Notes: a model not told the origin generated them from the sequence alone. Positions 37,474 to 47,622 are shown, counted from the stretch's first letter. The stretch is DNA of 64,000 bases from Bacteriovoracia bacterium (GCA_050246755.1 JBFWVL010000002.1:64001-128000), one strand, 5' to 3'. Translations and numbers: made by a program.

Positions 37474-38175
37474 TTATTTTGCGCGAAGGCACTGATCGAT
37501 AGAAGTGCCGTTTTTGCTGTAGCAGGATTGAAAGCCCGCGTCAGCGCGCAGGCATTGGTCGATCGAAGTTCCATTCTTGCTGTAGCAATCCTGAAAGCCG
37601 GCCTTTGCCGGAAGGCACTGGTTCACCGAAGTTCCGTCTTTGCTGTAGCAGGATTGAAAGCCTGCGTCGGCGCGAAGGCATTGCTCTACCGAAGTTCCGT
37701 CCTTGCTATAACAATCTTGAAATCCTGCCTTCGCTTTGAGGCACTGGTTTACGGAGGTACCGTTCTTGCTGTAGCAGGATTGAAAGCCCGCTTCGGCGCG
37801 GAGGCATTGGTCTACGGTAGTTCCATTTTTTGAATAGCAGTCGTTGAAGCCTGCCTCGGCTGCCAAGCATTGGTTTACCGATGTGCCATTTTTGCTATAA
37901 CAGTCCTGAAATCCCGCCTTCGCTTTGAGGCACTGGCTCACCGAGGTCCCGTTCTTACTATAGCAATCCTCGAAACCCGCTTCTGCTTCAAGGCATTGGT
38001 TGATGGAGGTGCCGTTCTTGCTGTAGCAAGATTCGAATCCGGATTTCGCTTCGGCGCAAACGGAGGGGCTCCCGCCTTTCGAGACGCAAGATTCAAAGGG
38101 GGAGCTGGCGATATTCCGGTTGCCCGTGGCGCAACCGGCGAGGGCGAAAGATAAAATAGCGAGTGCAATTTTCAT
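37474..38175 (-). CDS. Lipoprotein built from 21-aa Cys-pair tandem repeats
   Basis: Lipobox LAGC; nine GFxxCYSKxGTSxxQCLxAxA units plus one degenerate unit; SD GGAGG. Confidence 0.88.
   Translation of the reverse strand: MKIALAILSFALAGCATGNRNIASSPFESCVSKGGSPSVCAEAKSGFESCYSKNGTSINQCLEAEAGFEDCYSKNGTSVSQCLKAKAGFQDCYSKNGTSVNQCLAAEAGFNDCYSKNGTTVDQCLRAEAGFQSCYSKNGTSVNQCLKAKAGFQDCYSKDGTSVEQCLRADAGFQSCYSKDGTSVNQCLPAKAGFQDCYSKNGTSIDQCLRADAGFQSCYSKNGTSIDQCLRAK
37477..38040 (-). repeat. 63-bp coding tandem repeat, about 9 copies
   Basis: Protein-level repeat with synonymous nucleotide variation between copies. Confidence 0.9.
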
Positions 38176-38221
38176 AGGTCCTCCAGAATCTAGTATGCCG
38201 GAGGTTTTTAGACTTGAAAAA

Positions 38222-38773
38222 TTAATTCGGGCAAGCCGCTCCGGTGGCCACCCATTCCGCCACGAGCCTGCCGAATTCTTTTTGGGTACCCGGCACCGGC
38301 GCTCGGTCCCGTCCCGGATTCCATCCCCATCCTACCAGCGGGTCTTCGGCATTGTGGGCGATGAACTTTTCCATGCTCATATGGGTTCGCTTTGTGTCCT
38401 TAAATAAAACACATAGCTCGTGATCGGTAAGGCCCTGCCAAGCAAGACTGCGCGGAGCGAGCGCCCATTTCGGTGCGCCCGGCACGTTGGAGGGCGCGTA
38501 GTTGCTGGTGCCGTGGCAGGTTTGGCATTTCATCGCCACCGCGCCGTGGTCGTCGATCCCGCGCTGCACGTTCATGATGTGCTGGTGCATGTCATCTCCT
38601 TGCGTGGGGCGGTCTCCGCCGGGATGGCAGTTCAAGCAACGGGGGTGGCGAAAAACCTTCGTGGCTTCTAAAAATAATCCCACCGATTTTTGTCGCTGTT
38701 CCTCGTTGGAGTCCGGCAGGCAGAAGGCGATCACGGGCATTAAAAATAGAAGAAATAGATAAGGCTTTTGCAT
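38222..38773 (-). CDS. Diheme cytochrome c associated with IorAB-type oxidoreductases
   Basis: Signal peptide; HPRCLNCH and CQTCH heme motifs; PGAPKW, WGWNPG. Confidence 0.88.
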   Translation of the reverse strand: MQKPYLFLLFLMPVIAFCLPDSNEEQRQKSVGLFLEATKVFRHPRCLNCHPGGDRPTQGDDMHQHIMNVQRGIDDHGAVAMKCQTCHGTSNYAPSNVPGAPKWALAPRSLAWQGLTDHELCVLFKDTKRTHMSMEKFIAHNAEDPLVGWGWNPGRDRAPVPGTQKEFGRLVAEWVATGAACPN

Positions 38774-38816
38774 AGAACATCCCCCTCCCTGATCTTCCGC
38801 GAGAGAGGAGTGGAGT

Positions 38817-39797
38817 TCAATGTGTCGATTTTGCGTTGTCGATGAGTTCAGCCACGATGCTGAGGGCGATCTCCGCGGGATTGCGGCAGTTCAGGCGCAG
38901 GCCGGCGGGGGCGCGCACCTGTTGCAGGAGTTTTTCGGGAAATTTCTCGGAGCGAAGGTGTTCGAACACGAGCCCGGCTCTTTTGGGGCTGGCCACCATT
39001 CCCACGTAGGCCGCGCCGGCCTGGAGCGCCTCCTTGATATAGATGTGATCGCCTTTATGGTGGGAGGCCACTACCACGAAACTATTGGCGCGCACATTGA
39101 GGCCGGCGTAGTTGGGGCGGGCCGCTTCCGCTTTCACGGTGCTGGGATAAAGATCCTTTTCGAGCTCGAGGCCGTAGACCCTCGTGTTCCAGCCCAGGAG
39201 CGCGCCCAGTTTTGCCAATTCCTGGGTGATGCGGCTATGGCCGAGGATGAGAAACTCCGACGGGGTGGAGGGCAAGAGGCTGCGTTGCCCGGCGAGGGGC
39301 TGGAAATCCAATTTGCGGGTTTGCGCGAGACTGAGCGCCAGAAGAAAAATTTGATCGCGGAGCTCTAGTTCGCCGCTGTTTTGATCTGCTTCCTTTTCAA
39401 AGTGCGGCAGCAGATCGAAGTGCTCCGCGAGAGCTTGCAGCGAAAGTGAACGAGCGGTGGGCAAGGAAACTTTTTCCTGAGGAAGGCGAGGCTCGATATA
39501 GATTTCCATCTTGCCGCCACAGGGCATGCCGAGGCCGAATACTTCATCGTCGAGGTCAGCCAAAATAATTCTTGGGCTTCTCTCCTGAATCGCCTCGAGC
39601 GCGTTGGTGAGGGTGAAACTTTCGGCGCAGCCTCCGCCCACCCAGCCCCAGAGATTTTTCCCTTCTTGGGAAATTAGGCATTTCGATCCTGGCTTGGCCG
39701 AAGCCGATCCGATTACTTTTATCACGGTGGCCAGCACGTAGGGAGTTTGGCTTGCCTCGAGCTCGCTCTGCAGCCTTAAAAGTTCGAGATCGCGCAC
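38817..39797 (-). CDS. xdhC: XdhC/CoxI Mo-cofactor chaperone
   Basis: GWVGGGCAE, GMPCGG, YVGMVASPKR, APAGL...PAEIALSI. Confidence 0.92.
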   Translation of the reverse strand: MRDLELLRLQSELEASQTPYVLATVIKVIGSASAKPGSKCLISQEGKNLWGWVGGGCAESFTLTNALEAIQERSPRIILADLDDEVFGLGMPCGGKMEIYIEPRLPQEKVSLPTARSLSLQALAEHFDLLPHFEKEADQNSGELELRDQIFLLALSLAQTRKLDFQPLAGQRSLLPSTPSEFLILGHSRITQELAKLGALLGWNTRVYGLELEKDLYPSTVKAEAARPNYAGLNVRANSFVVVASHHKGDHIYIKEALQAGAAYVGMVASPKRAGLVFEHLRSEKFPEKLLQQVRAPAGLRLNCRNPAEIALSIVAELIDNAKSTH

Positions 39798-40372
39798 TGG
39801 TAGTCCTCCTTCGTATCGATATCAAAAAAGTAGGCGCTTTCTTCGGTAGTCCAGAGACGAACGTTGTCCTTATGCGATTGGAATAAATAGTGGGCCCCGC
39901 GATCATCATCGGCGCGGGCGAGAATTTCCGGTATATAGCGGCGATGGATCAGGCAGGGATTTCCGCGTTCTCCCTTTCCATTCACGGGCGCAACCAAATC
40001 TTTGCCTTCCGAGCGCGCGATCGGCCAGATTTCGAGGAGTGCACGGAAGTGCCTTTCTTCTAGAAGGGGCTGGTCGGCCAGGGCTACGCAGAAATATTCA
40101 CACTCGGCGTCCAGCAAAGAAACTCCGGCGCGGAGGGAGCCATGCATGGGCGTCCCGGCGGGTACGGAAACCACCCGGAATCCATCCAGGTGATTTTTCT
40201 GCTCGGAGGAAAGCACCAAAATTTTTTTCAGGAAGGGGACCTCCCGGATCGCGGCGGCGGATTTTCCCAAAATGGTAGTTTCTCCGAACGGCAGCTGCAG
40301 CTTATCGCGGCCCATGCGCCGGGAGAGACCGGCGGCGAGGAGAATGCAGGCGTTTTGTACTTGATGCGTCAC
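39776..40372 (-). CDS. mocA: Molybdenum cofactor cytidylyltransferase-like NTP transferase
   Basis: LLAAGLSRRMG..K, LADQP, GNP, DIDT; context of MCD-dependent enzyme genes. Confidence 0.85.
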   Translation of the reverse strand: MTHQVQNACILLAAGLSRRMGRDKLQLPFGETTILGKSAAAIREVPFLKKILVLSSEQKNHLDGFRVVSVPAGTPMHGSLRAGVSLLDAECEYFCVALADQPLLEERHFRALLEIWPIARSEGKDLVAPVNGKGERGNPCLIHRRYIPEILARADDDRGAHYLFQSHKDNVRLWTTEESAYFFDIDTKEDYQCAISNF

Positions 40373-40411
40373 CTAGGGCAGAGTACTTTTCTCCCTCCCG
40401 GGGAGCAAGGC

Positions 40412-41332
40412 ATGGACAAAAAAATCGAGCTGGTTGGGCGCTATGCGGCGATTTTGGCTCTCATCGAAGTGTCTTTGGGATCCGTGCTCCATTCTTTTCA
40501 CGTTCCGTTCAGCGGCCTCTTCCTATCATTGAATCAGGGATATCTTTTATGCCGCGCCACGATCGAGGGTGCCAAGCTCGGCATGGGCCGTGGAGTGGGC
40601 ATGGGAATTTCCAACGTGGCGGCCGTGCTGAAATCCCTGGCTCCGGCCGGAAAAAAACTCGGGCCTATGCTCAGCCTCAGCATGCAGGGATTATTTTTCC
40701 AGGTGGGCATAGGGATTTTCGGCCCTGGCCTCGTGGGCCTGATGGTAGGGATGGCGCTGCTTTCCCTTTGGGCCTTCGTGCAGCCGGTGATCACGTACTA
40801 CTTATTTTTCGGGTCTCGCTGGTTTGCGGCCCTTGATTTTCTTTACGAGAAAACCGTACCCTTCCACGGAATCACTCTTCATAAATTGTTTTGGGCCTTC
40901 GCGGGGATCGTGGCGGCGAAGATGACGTTTGCGGCGGTGCTCGCCGTGCTGGCCTGGAAAAATTCCGGCGGATCAAAATTCCAGGATCGTTTGCTCACGC
41001 TCGCGGTGGAAAAAGGAGCTAGGCCGCTCGAGGGAAAGCCCGGAGCGAAGCGAGGAAGCGCAGTTGGGCTGGCGCTGCGCGATCTTACCAATCCGCTATT
41101 CGTATTTTCGCTGGCGGCAACAGCTTTTTTTCTCTATTTTTCGGAAGATGAGGCGGGCGCCAAAATTTGGATTTTCCTGCGTCCGCTGGCGATTGGATTT
41201 CTCTTTTTTTATTTTTCGCGCACGCTATTGCTCGATCGTTGGCTCGCGAAACTCGAAGGCACGCGCTTCGCGCCGTTCGCGCAGGCCTGCCAGGCGGCGC
41301 TGCAGGAGCTGCGGCGATTTACGAAAATTTAG
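40412..41332 (+). CDS. Integral membrane protein, unknown function
   Basis: Multiple TM segments; EVSLGSVLHSFHVPFSG and KSLAPAGKKLGPM motifs. Start trimmed to MDKKIE. Confidence 0.75.
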   Translation: MDKKIELVGRYAAILALIEVSLGSVLHSFHVPFSGLFLSLNQGYLLCRATIEGAKLGMGRGVGMGISNVAAVLKSLAPAGKKLGPMLSLSMQGLFFQVGIGIFGPGLVGLMVGMALLSLWAFVQPVITYYLFFGSRWFAALDFLYEKTVPFHGITLHKLFWAFAGIVAAKMTFAAVLAVLAWKNSGGSKFQDRLLTLAVEKGARPLEGKPGAKRGSAVGLALRDLTNPLFVFSLAATAFFLYFSEDEAGAKIWIFLRPLAIGFLFFYFSRTLLLDRWLAKLEGTRFAPFAQACQAALQELRRFTKI

Positions 41333-42543
41333 TTCTGGATATTCTCGCCGCCCACGTATTGCTTGGCGCGGTGGGGGCAGGGCCAACGATCCTGGCCGGT
41401 GATTCCCCAGCGTACTTCGGGAGAATGCTCGGGCTCCGAGATCGAGAGCACGGTATCGGTTTCGTAGGCCTGCCAGAGCTGGTTTAGGTCTACGGAATGT
41501 TCCGCGGTAACTTGGAAGCGATACTGCTCGAATAAGCGGTAGACGCCATCCTCTCCCACGTGCCGAACCGCGGCGCGCCTCAGGATCTCGAGCTCGCTCT
41601 GGATCTTCACGTCGCGGGTCGGGGTGGAATAGGAATCGTAGTCGCTTTCGCTCATGCAGCCTTCGCCGCGGTATTTTCTCTGGTATATATTCCAGGAATT
41701 TCTCACGAGGCCGGTACGCTCGTGGATGTATCCCTTCACGTTCTCGAGGGCGCCGGCGAACTCTTCGGCTCCGGTGGCGCGGCGTAGGGCGAGCTTAGCG
41801 CGAACCGCATCGTGCCAGCGTTGCCAAAGGCTGCCGTTGCGGTAGCCGTTCGCTACCCAGCGGCCAAGCGAAAACTGCATTTCGCTTTCGCCGGGGCGCA
41901 CGTCAGAGCCGACGCGTTTCCAGGCCCGGTAGCCGCCGTCTTTGGTGAAGGGAGCGAACACGATTTCCACGCGGGGCTGAAGGTCGCGCACCATTTCGGG
42001 AACGGTGGAGCTGATGAGACGGATCATGCCGTTCTCGAATACGTTCGTTACGTAGTAGACGTGGCCCGAGCGGTAGGTGACAGGAACATTCTTATTTCCT
42101 TCTGGGTGCAGGAAGAGCGCGCCGCCCTTAATATAGTTGCGGGAAATTTCGAGCGGGTAGGTATCGGCCACGATGGTTTGGGTATTAGTATGCGTGCGCA
42201 CGAAATTGATGAATTTGCGCAGGCGGGGCTGGCCTTCGGGAACCGAGTCCCAAGTTTTATTGGCGTTCGAAAGATCCTTGCGGTCGAAGTTGGAAAATTT
42301 TACGGGCAATCCATTTTCGTAGGCGAAGAGAATGCGGAGTACGTAGGCGGCGTCGGCGCAGTCGGTATAGATGCCTTGGTAGGGAGAGCCTTTGCGGGTG
42401 AAAAGATCGAGGGGGAGTTTCTCGATCCATTTTCCGAATGCTTGGTCTTCTGCCTCTCCCCAGGATTTGGTGGTAGGCCAGACATCGGCATTGGCCTGCG
42501 GCGTGAGCCAGAGCAGGACGGTGAGTAAAAGGGTGTTCAGCAT
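41329..42543 (-). CDS. Exported hypothetical protein with DCAD...GH motif (possible papain-like fold)
   Basis: Signal peptide ending ANA; TDCADAAY, SGHVYYV, YSTPTRD. Confidence 0.75.
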   Translation of the reverse strand: MLNTLLLTVLLWLTPQANADVWPTTKSWGEAEDQAFGKWIEKLPLDLFTRKGSPYQGIYTDCADAAYVLRILFAYENGLPVKFSNFDRKDLSNANKTWDSVPEGQPRLRKFINFVRTHTNTQTIVADTYPLEISRNYIKGGALFLHPEGNKNVPVTYRSGHVYYVTNVFENGMIRLISSTVPEMVRDLQPRVEIVFAPFTKDGGYRAWKRVGSDVRPGESEMQFSLGRWVANGYRNGSLWQRWHDAVRAKLALRRATGAEEFAGALENVKGYIHERTGLVRNSWNIYQRKYRGEGCMSESDYDSYSTPTRDVKIQSELEILRRAAVRHVGEDGVYRLFEQYRFQVTAEHSVDLNQLWQAYETDTVLSISEPEHSPEVRWGITGQDRWPCPHRAKQYVGGENIQN

Positions 42544-42780
42544 CGAAAGATTCTCCCGAAAAGACAAAGAACTAATGCATTGCGTTAATAGCATAGGGCT
42601 GATGATTTCGTTAGTAGAAGACTAAAAAAATCTGACATTGGGTAAATAAAAAACCGATAACCCATAAGTATCTAATCTTATTAATGAATAATTAAGTGAG
42701 TAAGGGGCGAATTCGCCTTAGTAATTCAAGGTTTAGGCCTACCCGCCGATAGGCATGCATAGAATTAAGGGGAATTTGCC

Positions 42781-44181
42781 ATGTCGATCCTACGAAAAAC
42801 TTTTCTTACTCTCTTCTTCCTATGGGGCTGCCTGGTTGCCTACAAAGCCCGCGCGGATGAACTCAAATATCTCGCCCATCCTCAGGAATCTCTTTCTGCC
42901 TTCGTTCGCCTCGCCGAACAATCGAAAACTTCCCTGGAGCTCAGCACCTTTATCTTCGAACCCTGCCACGCCAGCACCCAAGTATTGATGGATGTGCTCG
43001 CTGCCCGCGCGAAAGCCGGCGTGAAGGTGCGCATCCTCCTCGACGCCTTCATGATCGATCAAGGCAATCGCCAGGAGCTCGCTAACTACTTCGCCAAAAA
43101 TGGCATCCAAGTTCGTTTTTATAACGATACCGCCATGGTGGATCCGGGAGGCAACCTTCGTCTCCACTCGAAGGTGATGATCGTGGATGGCGCCGCATAT
43201 ATTTCCGGCGGCCGCAATATTTCCGACGAATACTTCGCCATGTCGGCCAAACAGAACTGGGTGGACCGCGATGTATACGTATACGGCTCTTCTGCCACCC
43301 AGGCCGTGAAGTATTTTAATGAAATTTGGGCTTCCGATATGACGAAGAACCGCAAAGGCAGTGGCTCCGCGTTCAAAGGCTGGAATAAATACTGCGGAAC
43401 CGAGCTTTCGAAACGCGCTCCCGACGTGCGCGCCTTCATCGACGCCAAGGGCAATGATCTGATCAACCGCATTCCTTCCCGCACCTGCGCCAGCGTGAAA
43501 TTCTATAACGACGCTCCGGATTTTGGGAATCCCAAGTACAGCGACGAATTCGGTGATTTCAACAATACTCCCGATTCCTACATGACGCCGATGCGCATGG
43601 AACGCAAGCGCACCACCAAGAATCTCCTGCAATTCATCGAAGACACCCGTTCCCAGATCGATCTCGAGAACTGGGGCTATATTCCCGTTGGTTATTTGCG
43701 GAATGCTTTCTCCGGCTTGCGATCGCGCAACGTGAAAGTAAAAGGCATCGTGAACCGCGATATGGAATCGGGACCGAAATTCTTCCAGGAAGCCCAGGAG
43801 TGGGCCATTTCCTGGATCTCAGGGGAAGATTCCGAAGGCTCTCAATCGATTCGCTTGATCTCTTCGCTGGGTAAGCTCAAAGATTCTTACGAGCTAACGG
43901 TTCCGAAGGTGAACTTTTTCCTCCACGGTAAAGTGATGGTACGCGACCAGAGAGATGCCGTGGTTAGCAGCTTCAACCTGGATGCCCGCTCCTATAATAC
44001 CAACCTCGAATCCGCGGTGATGGTGAAGAACTGCCCCGAGTTCGCAGCCGACGTGAAGCGCGAGATCAGCAAAGTGAACGCTACGTACGACGACGACGTG
44101 AAATCGGGCCGTGTTCCCGAAAAAGAAGAGGCGGGCCTCTTCTCGAAGATCTTCGCCCTCATGAACCTGAACCTATTTTAG
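42781..44181 (+). CDS. Exported phospholipase D-family protein
   Basis: Two HKD motifs (LHSKVMIVD..GGRN and LHGKVMVRD..SFNLD.RS); signal peptide. Confidence 0.92.
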   Translation: MSILRKTFLTLFFLWGCLVAYKARADELKYLAHPQESLSAFVRLAEQSKTSLELSTFIFEPCHASTQVLMDVLAARAKAGVKVRILLDAFMIDQGNRQELANYFAKNGIQVRFYNDTAMVDPGGNLRLHSKVMIVDGAAYISGGRNISDEYFAMSAKQNWVDRDVYVYGSSATQAVKYFNEIWASDMTKNRKGSGSAFKGWNKYCGTELSKRAPDVRAFIDAKGNDLINRIPSRTCASVKFYNDAPDFGNPKYSDEFGDFNNTPDSYMTPMRMERKRTTKNLLQFIEDTRSQIDLENWGYIPVGYLRNAFSGLRSRNVKVKGIVNRDMESGPKFFQEAQEWAISWISGEDSEGSQSIRLISSLGKLKDSYELTVPKVNFFLHGKVMVRDQRDAVVSSFNLDARSYNTNLESAVMVKNCPEFAADVKREISKVNATYDDDVKSGRVPEKEEAGLFSKIFALMNLNLF

Positions 44182-45993
44182 GGCTTCCAGCTCCGACCAG
44201 CGCGCATAGAGGCGCTGGAGCTCGGCCTGCACTACGCTCATTCCCGCGGTGATTTCCTGCAGCTTCTTGGCGTTCGCCGCGAACTCGGGCTTGGTGCTTT
44301 CTTCCGTGAGCCCGGCGAGCCTGGCTTCCGTTTTAGCGATCAGCTCTTCCATGCCGTCGAGCTCGCGCTGCTCTTTATGGGTGAGCTTGCGTTTTTCGTT
44401 AGGGGCAGATTCGGTTTTTTTCCCGCTCTTTTCTTTTTCCTTCTTTCCCGGCTCGGGCTGGCTCTCGTGCCAGTTTTCCCATTGCTCGAGATTCGTGAAG
44501 GAAATAATTTCTTTCTTGCCGTTGGGTTTTACGCCCCAGCCCAGGATCTGGTTCGCTACTTGGTCCAAGAAGTAGCGATCGTGGGTAACAAGCACCACGG
44601 CGCCCTTATAATCCACCAGCACTTCCTGGAGCATATCGAGCGTGGCCATATCGAGATCGTTCGTGGGCTCATCGAGCACCAGCATATTCGCCGGCTCGAG
44701 CATAAGTTTGGCGAGGAGGAGACGGCTCTGCTCGCCCCCGGAGAGGCGGCCCACGGGTTGCTCCACCTGGTTGCCCGTGAAGAGGAAGCGATCGAGGTAG
44801 GAGCGGGCGTGGATGCGGCGGTCGTTATAGTCGAGGTGCTCGCCCACGGGACAGATCGTTTTCAGCACGGAGATTTCCTGATCGAGGCTGTCGCGGTTCT
44901 GCTCGAAGTAGGAGATCTTCAAATTCTCGGAATGGAAAACGGTGCCGGTGGTAGGTTCTTCCAGTTTCAGCAATACTTTGATCAGGGTGGATTTCCCGCA
45001 CCCGTTCGGCCCCAGCAAGCCGATGCGGCTTTTCGGCGTGATCAGCAAATCCATTTTGGGCAGGATCTCGCGGCCTTCGTAGATTACGGAGATGCCCTCG
45101 GCGGAAACGAGTTTTTTTGGTTTTTTCCCCGCTTCGAGGAAATCGAGCTGCACGTTCGAAGTGGCATTGCGATAGGCGAGCTCCGAAACGGTATCGGCTA
45201 GTTCACCCACGCGCTGGATGCGGGCCTGCTGCTTGGTGATCCGCGCCTTGGCTCCGCGGCGCAGCCATTCCATCTCGCGGCGCAAAGTATTACGGAGTTT
45301 CGATTCGGTGCTGGCCTGCTGCGCGAGCAGCTCTTCTTTGCGCTCCAAGAACGTGGCGTAGTCGCCGGTGGCGGAGAGGAGCCCCCCCGGGTTGCGTCGG
45401 TCGATTTCCATGATCTTATTGGAAACTTTTTGCAGGAACACGCGATCGTGGGTGATCGTGAGCGTGGCGAAACGCGAGCGGGCGAGCAAGTCCTCGAGCC
45501 AGAGAATGCTTTCCACGTCGAGATGGTTGGTGGGCTCGTCGAGTAAAAGCAAGTCGGGTTGCTTCAATAGTTCGCGGGCGAGGGCCACGCGCTTTTTCCA
45601 TCCCCCGGAAAGATTTTCGATCGGAGTCTCTTCGTTGATATAGTCGCCCCCGCTCAGGGAAAGCTTCGCCATGATCTCCTGCGCGCGCACGATCTCTTCC
45701 CAGTCGAAAGGATTCTCGGAACCTTCCATCACCGAAGAACCCACGGTGGCATCCGGGGTAAATTTCGGCACCTGCTCGAGCAGCCCCACGCGCAGGCCCT
45801 TTTGGATGGCGAGGTTGCCGGCATCGGGGGACTGTTCGCCGGCCAGGACTTTGAGCAAAGTGGATTTCCCCGCGCCGTTGGGGCCGATGAGGCCGATGCG
45901 TTCGCCGGATGAAATCCCGAACGTGAGCGATTCAAAGAGAGGGCGGTGCGCGAAGCCCTTTTTGATTCCGTGGGCGTTAACTAGAATGGCCAT
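44173..45993 (-). CDS. uup: ABC-F ATPase (Uup-like)
   Basis: Two NBDs (GPNGAGKS, LSGGW, DEPTNHLD; GPNGCGKS, LSGGE, DEPTNDLD); C-terminal LYARW.ELE. Confidence 0.9.
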   Translation of the reverse strand: MAILVNAHGIKKGFAHRPLFESLTFGISSGERIGLIGPNGAGKSTLLKVLAGEQSPDAGNLAIQKGLRVGLLEQVPKFTPDATVGSSVMEGSENPFDWEEIVRAQEIMAKLSLSGGDYINEETPIENLSGGWKKRVALARELLKQPDLLLLDEPTNHLDVESILWLEDLLARSRFATLTITHDRVFLQKVSNKIMEIDRRNPGGLLSATGDYATFLERKEELLAQQASTESKLRNTLRREMEWLRRGAKARITKQQARIQRVGELADTVSELAYRNATSNVQLDFLEAGKKPKKLVSAEGISVIYEGREILPKMDLLITPKSRIGLLGPNGCGKSTLIKVLLKLEEPTTGTVFHSENLKISYFEQNRDSLDQEISVLKTICPVGEHLDYNDRRIHARSYLDRFLFTGNQVEQPVGRLSGGEQSRLLLAKLMLEPANMLVLDEPTNDLDMATLDMLQEVLVDYKGAVVLVTHDRYFLDQVANQILGWGVKPNGKKEIISFTNLEQWENWHESQPEPGKKEKEKSGKKTESAPNEKRKLTHKEQRELDGMEELIAKTEARLAGLTEESTKPEFAANAKKLQEITAGMSVVQAELQRLYARWSELEALK

Positions 45994-47539
45994 AAGCTCT
46001 CTTTCCGATCTGTTCTGCAATTTTTTCCGCGATACGAATTCCGTCGCAAGCGGCCGAGGTGATTCCGCCCGCGTAGCCCGCGCCTTCTCCGGCAGGGTAA
46101 AGGCCAGGGTGCGAAACGCTTTCTAAGCTATCATCGGAACGAGTTACGCGCACGGGGCAAGAGGTGCGGGATTCCACCCCGTAGAGCTGCGCGCTGTCGC
46201 TACGGAAGCCCTTCATATTGCGCTCGAAGCGCTCGAGGCTACCCAAGATCCGGTCGCGGATCTGCGCGGGCAGGATTTGGTCCAAACGCACTCCGAGGGC
46301 GCCGGAGGGAGAAGATCCTTTGATGGCTTCGCCGGAGCGGCCGGCGGCAAAGTCCATGAGTTTCTGCGCAGGGAGCTCTTTGGTGCCGCCCGCATCTTTC
46401 ACGCTCTGGAAAGCGTTTTGCTCCAGCTGCTGACGCAATTTCATACCGCCAAAAAGATCCTGGCCGAAGTTTTTCTCGTGGTCGATCGAGACCACGAGGG
46501 CGGCGTTCGCGAAGGGAGAATTGCGGTGGTAATTGCTCATGCCGTTCACCACGATCCCGTTCTCCTCGGTACCGCTCGAGAGCACGTAGCCGCCCGGGCA
46601 CATGCAAAAACTATAAACTCCTACATTATCCACCGGATCATGATCGGCGAGGCGGTAATTCGCGGATCCCAATTTGGGATGTCCGGCGGCGTCGCGGTAC
46701 TGGATTTGATTGATGAGCTCCTGCGGGTGTTCGATGCGCAGGCCCATGGCGAAGCTCTTGCCCTCGAGGGTGACGCCGAGATCGCGAAGGTGGTTCAGCA
46801 TGTCTTCGGCCGAGTGGCCGGTGGCGAGCACCACGTGGGGGGAGCGGATCACCTTTCCGTGCTCGGTGCGTACCCCCACGATTTGCTTGCCCTCGGTAAC
46901 AAGTTCCGTAACTTGGGTATCGAATTGGATCTCGCAGCCGTTGGCCAACAGAAATTCCCTGAGTTTCGGGATCACACGGCGGATGCGGTCGCTGCCCACG
47001 TGTGGGTTGGCCAGCCACTGGATCTCTTCCGGAGCGCCGAACTGCACCAGGCGGTTCATCACGTAGGGGATATAAGGCGATTTGATGCGGGTGATGAGCT
47101 TGCCATCCGAATAAAGACCGGCACCGCCTTCCCCGTAGCAAACGTTATTGCGCTTATCGAGCTCCCCGTGCCGCCAGAATTTTGAAATGCCTTTGATCCG
47201 GGCGGCTGATTCGGATCCGCGTTCCAGGAGCAGACAGGGGATCCCGCGCTCTACTAAGCGGAGGGCCGCGAAAAGACCGGCCGGGCCGGACCCCACGATA
47301 ATAGGCCTCTCGGTGCCCGGCTTTGGGGTGATTTTTTCTAAGGAAAACTGCTCTACCTTGAGCACTTCCCCGGCTTCGGCCACTTCCACGGAATAGACGA
47401 AGTGGGGGGAGTGGCGCTGGCGGGCATCCACGCTCTGGCGCAGGATACGCCAGGGGCCATGGTCAGGCACCATCCATTGGAGGCGCTCCGCTAGCTCTTC
47501 GTCTAGCGGCACTTTCAGGTCGTGGAGGATGCGGGACAT
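45977..47539 (-). CDS. NAD(P)/FAD-dependent oxidoreductase
   Basis: VGSGPAGL, GEGGAGLYSDGKL, FCMCPGG, GEGAGYAGGITSAACDG. Confidence 0.92.
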   Translation of the reverse strand: MSRILHDLKVPLDEELAERLQWMVPDHGPWRILRQSVDARQRHSPHFVYSVEVAEAGEVLKVEQFSLEKITPKPGTERPIIVGSGPAGLFAALRLVERGIPCLLLERGSESAARIKGISKFWRHGELDKRNNVCYGEGGAGLYSDGKLITRIKSPYIPYVMNRLVQFGAPEEIQWLANPHVGSDRIRRVIPKLREFLLANGCEIQFDTQVTELVTEGKQIVGVRTEHGKVIRSPHVVLATGHSAEDMLNHLRDLGVTLEGKSFAMGLRIEHPQELINQIQYRDAAGHPKLGSANYRLADHDPVDNVGVYSFCMCPGGYVLSSGTEENGIVVNGMSNYHRNSPFANAALVVSIDHEKNFGQDLFGGMKLRQQLEQNAFQSVKDAGGTKELPAQKLMDFAAGRSGEAIKGSSPSGALGVRLDQILPAQIRDRILGSLERFERNMKGFRSDSAQLYGVESRTSCPVRVTRSDDSLESVSHPGLYPAGEGAGYAGGITSAACDGIRIAEKIAEQIGKRAYGHSS

Positions 47540-47622
47540 GGGGCTTCTGTACCACGTTATGACGCGATTCGCCTTATTTCCGGTCGACAAACCCCCCTTG
47601 CCAATGCGAAGGTTGGGCCCCT

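Noticed and set aside
37477-38040. 63-bp periodic repeat as a CRISPR array
   Set aside because: There are no unique spacers, the period is a multiple of 3, variation is largely synonymous within a lipoprotein ORF, and no cas genes are present.
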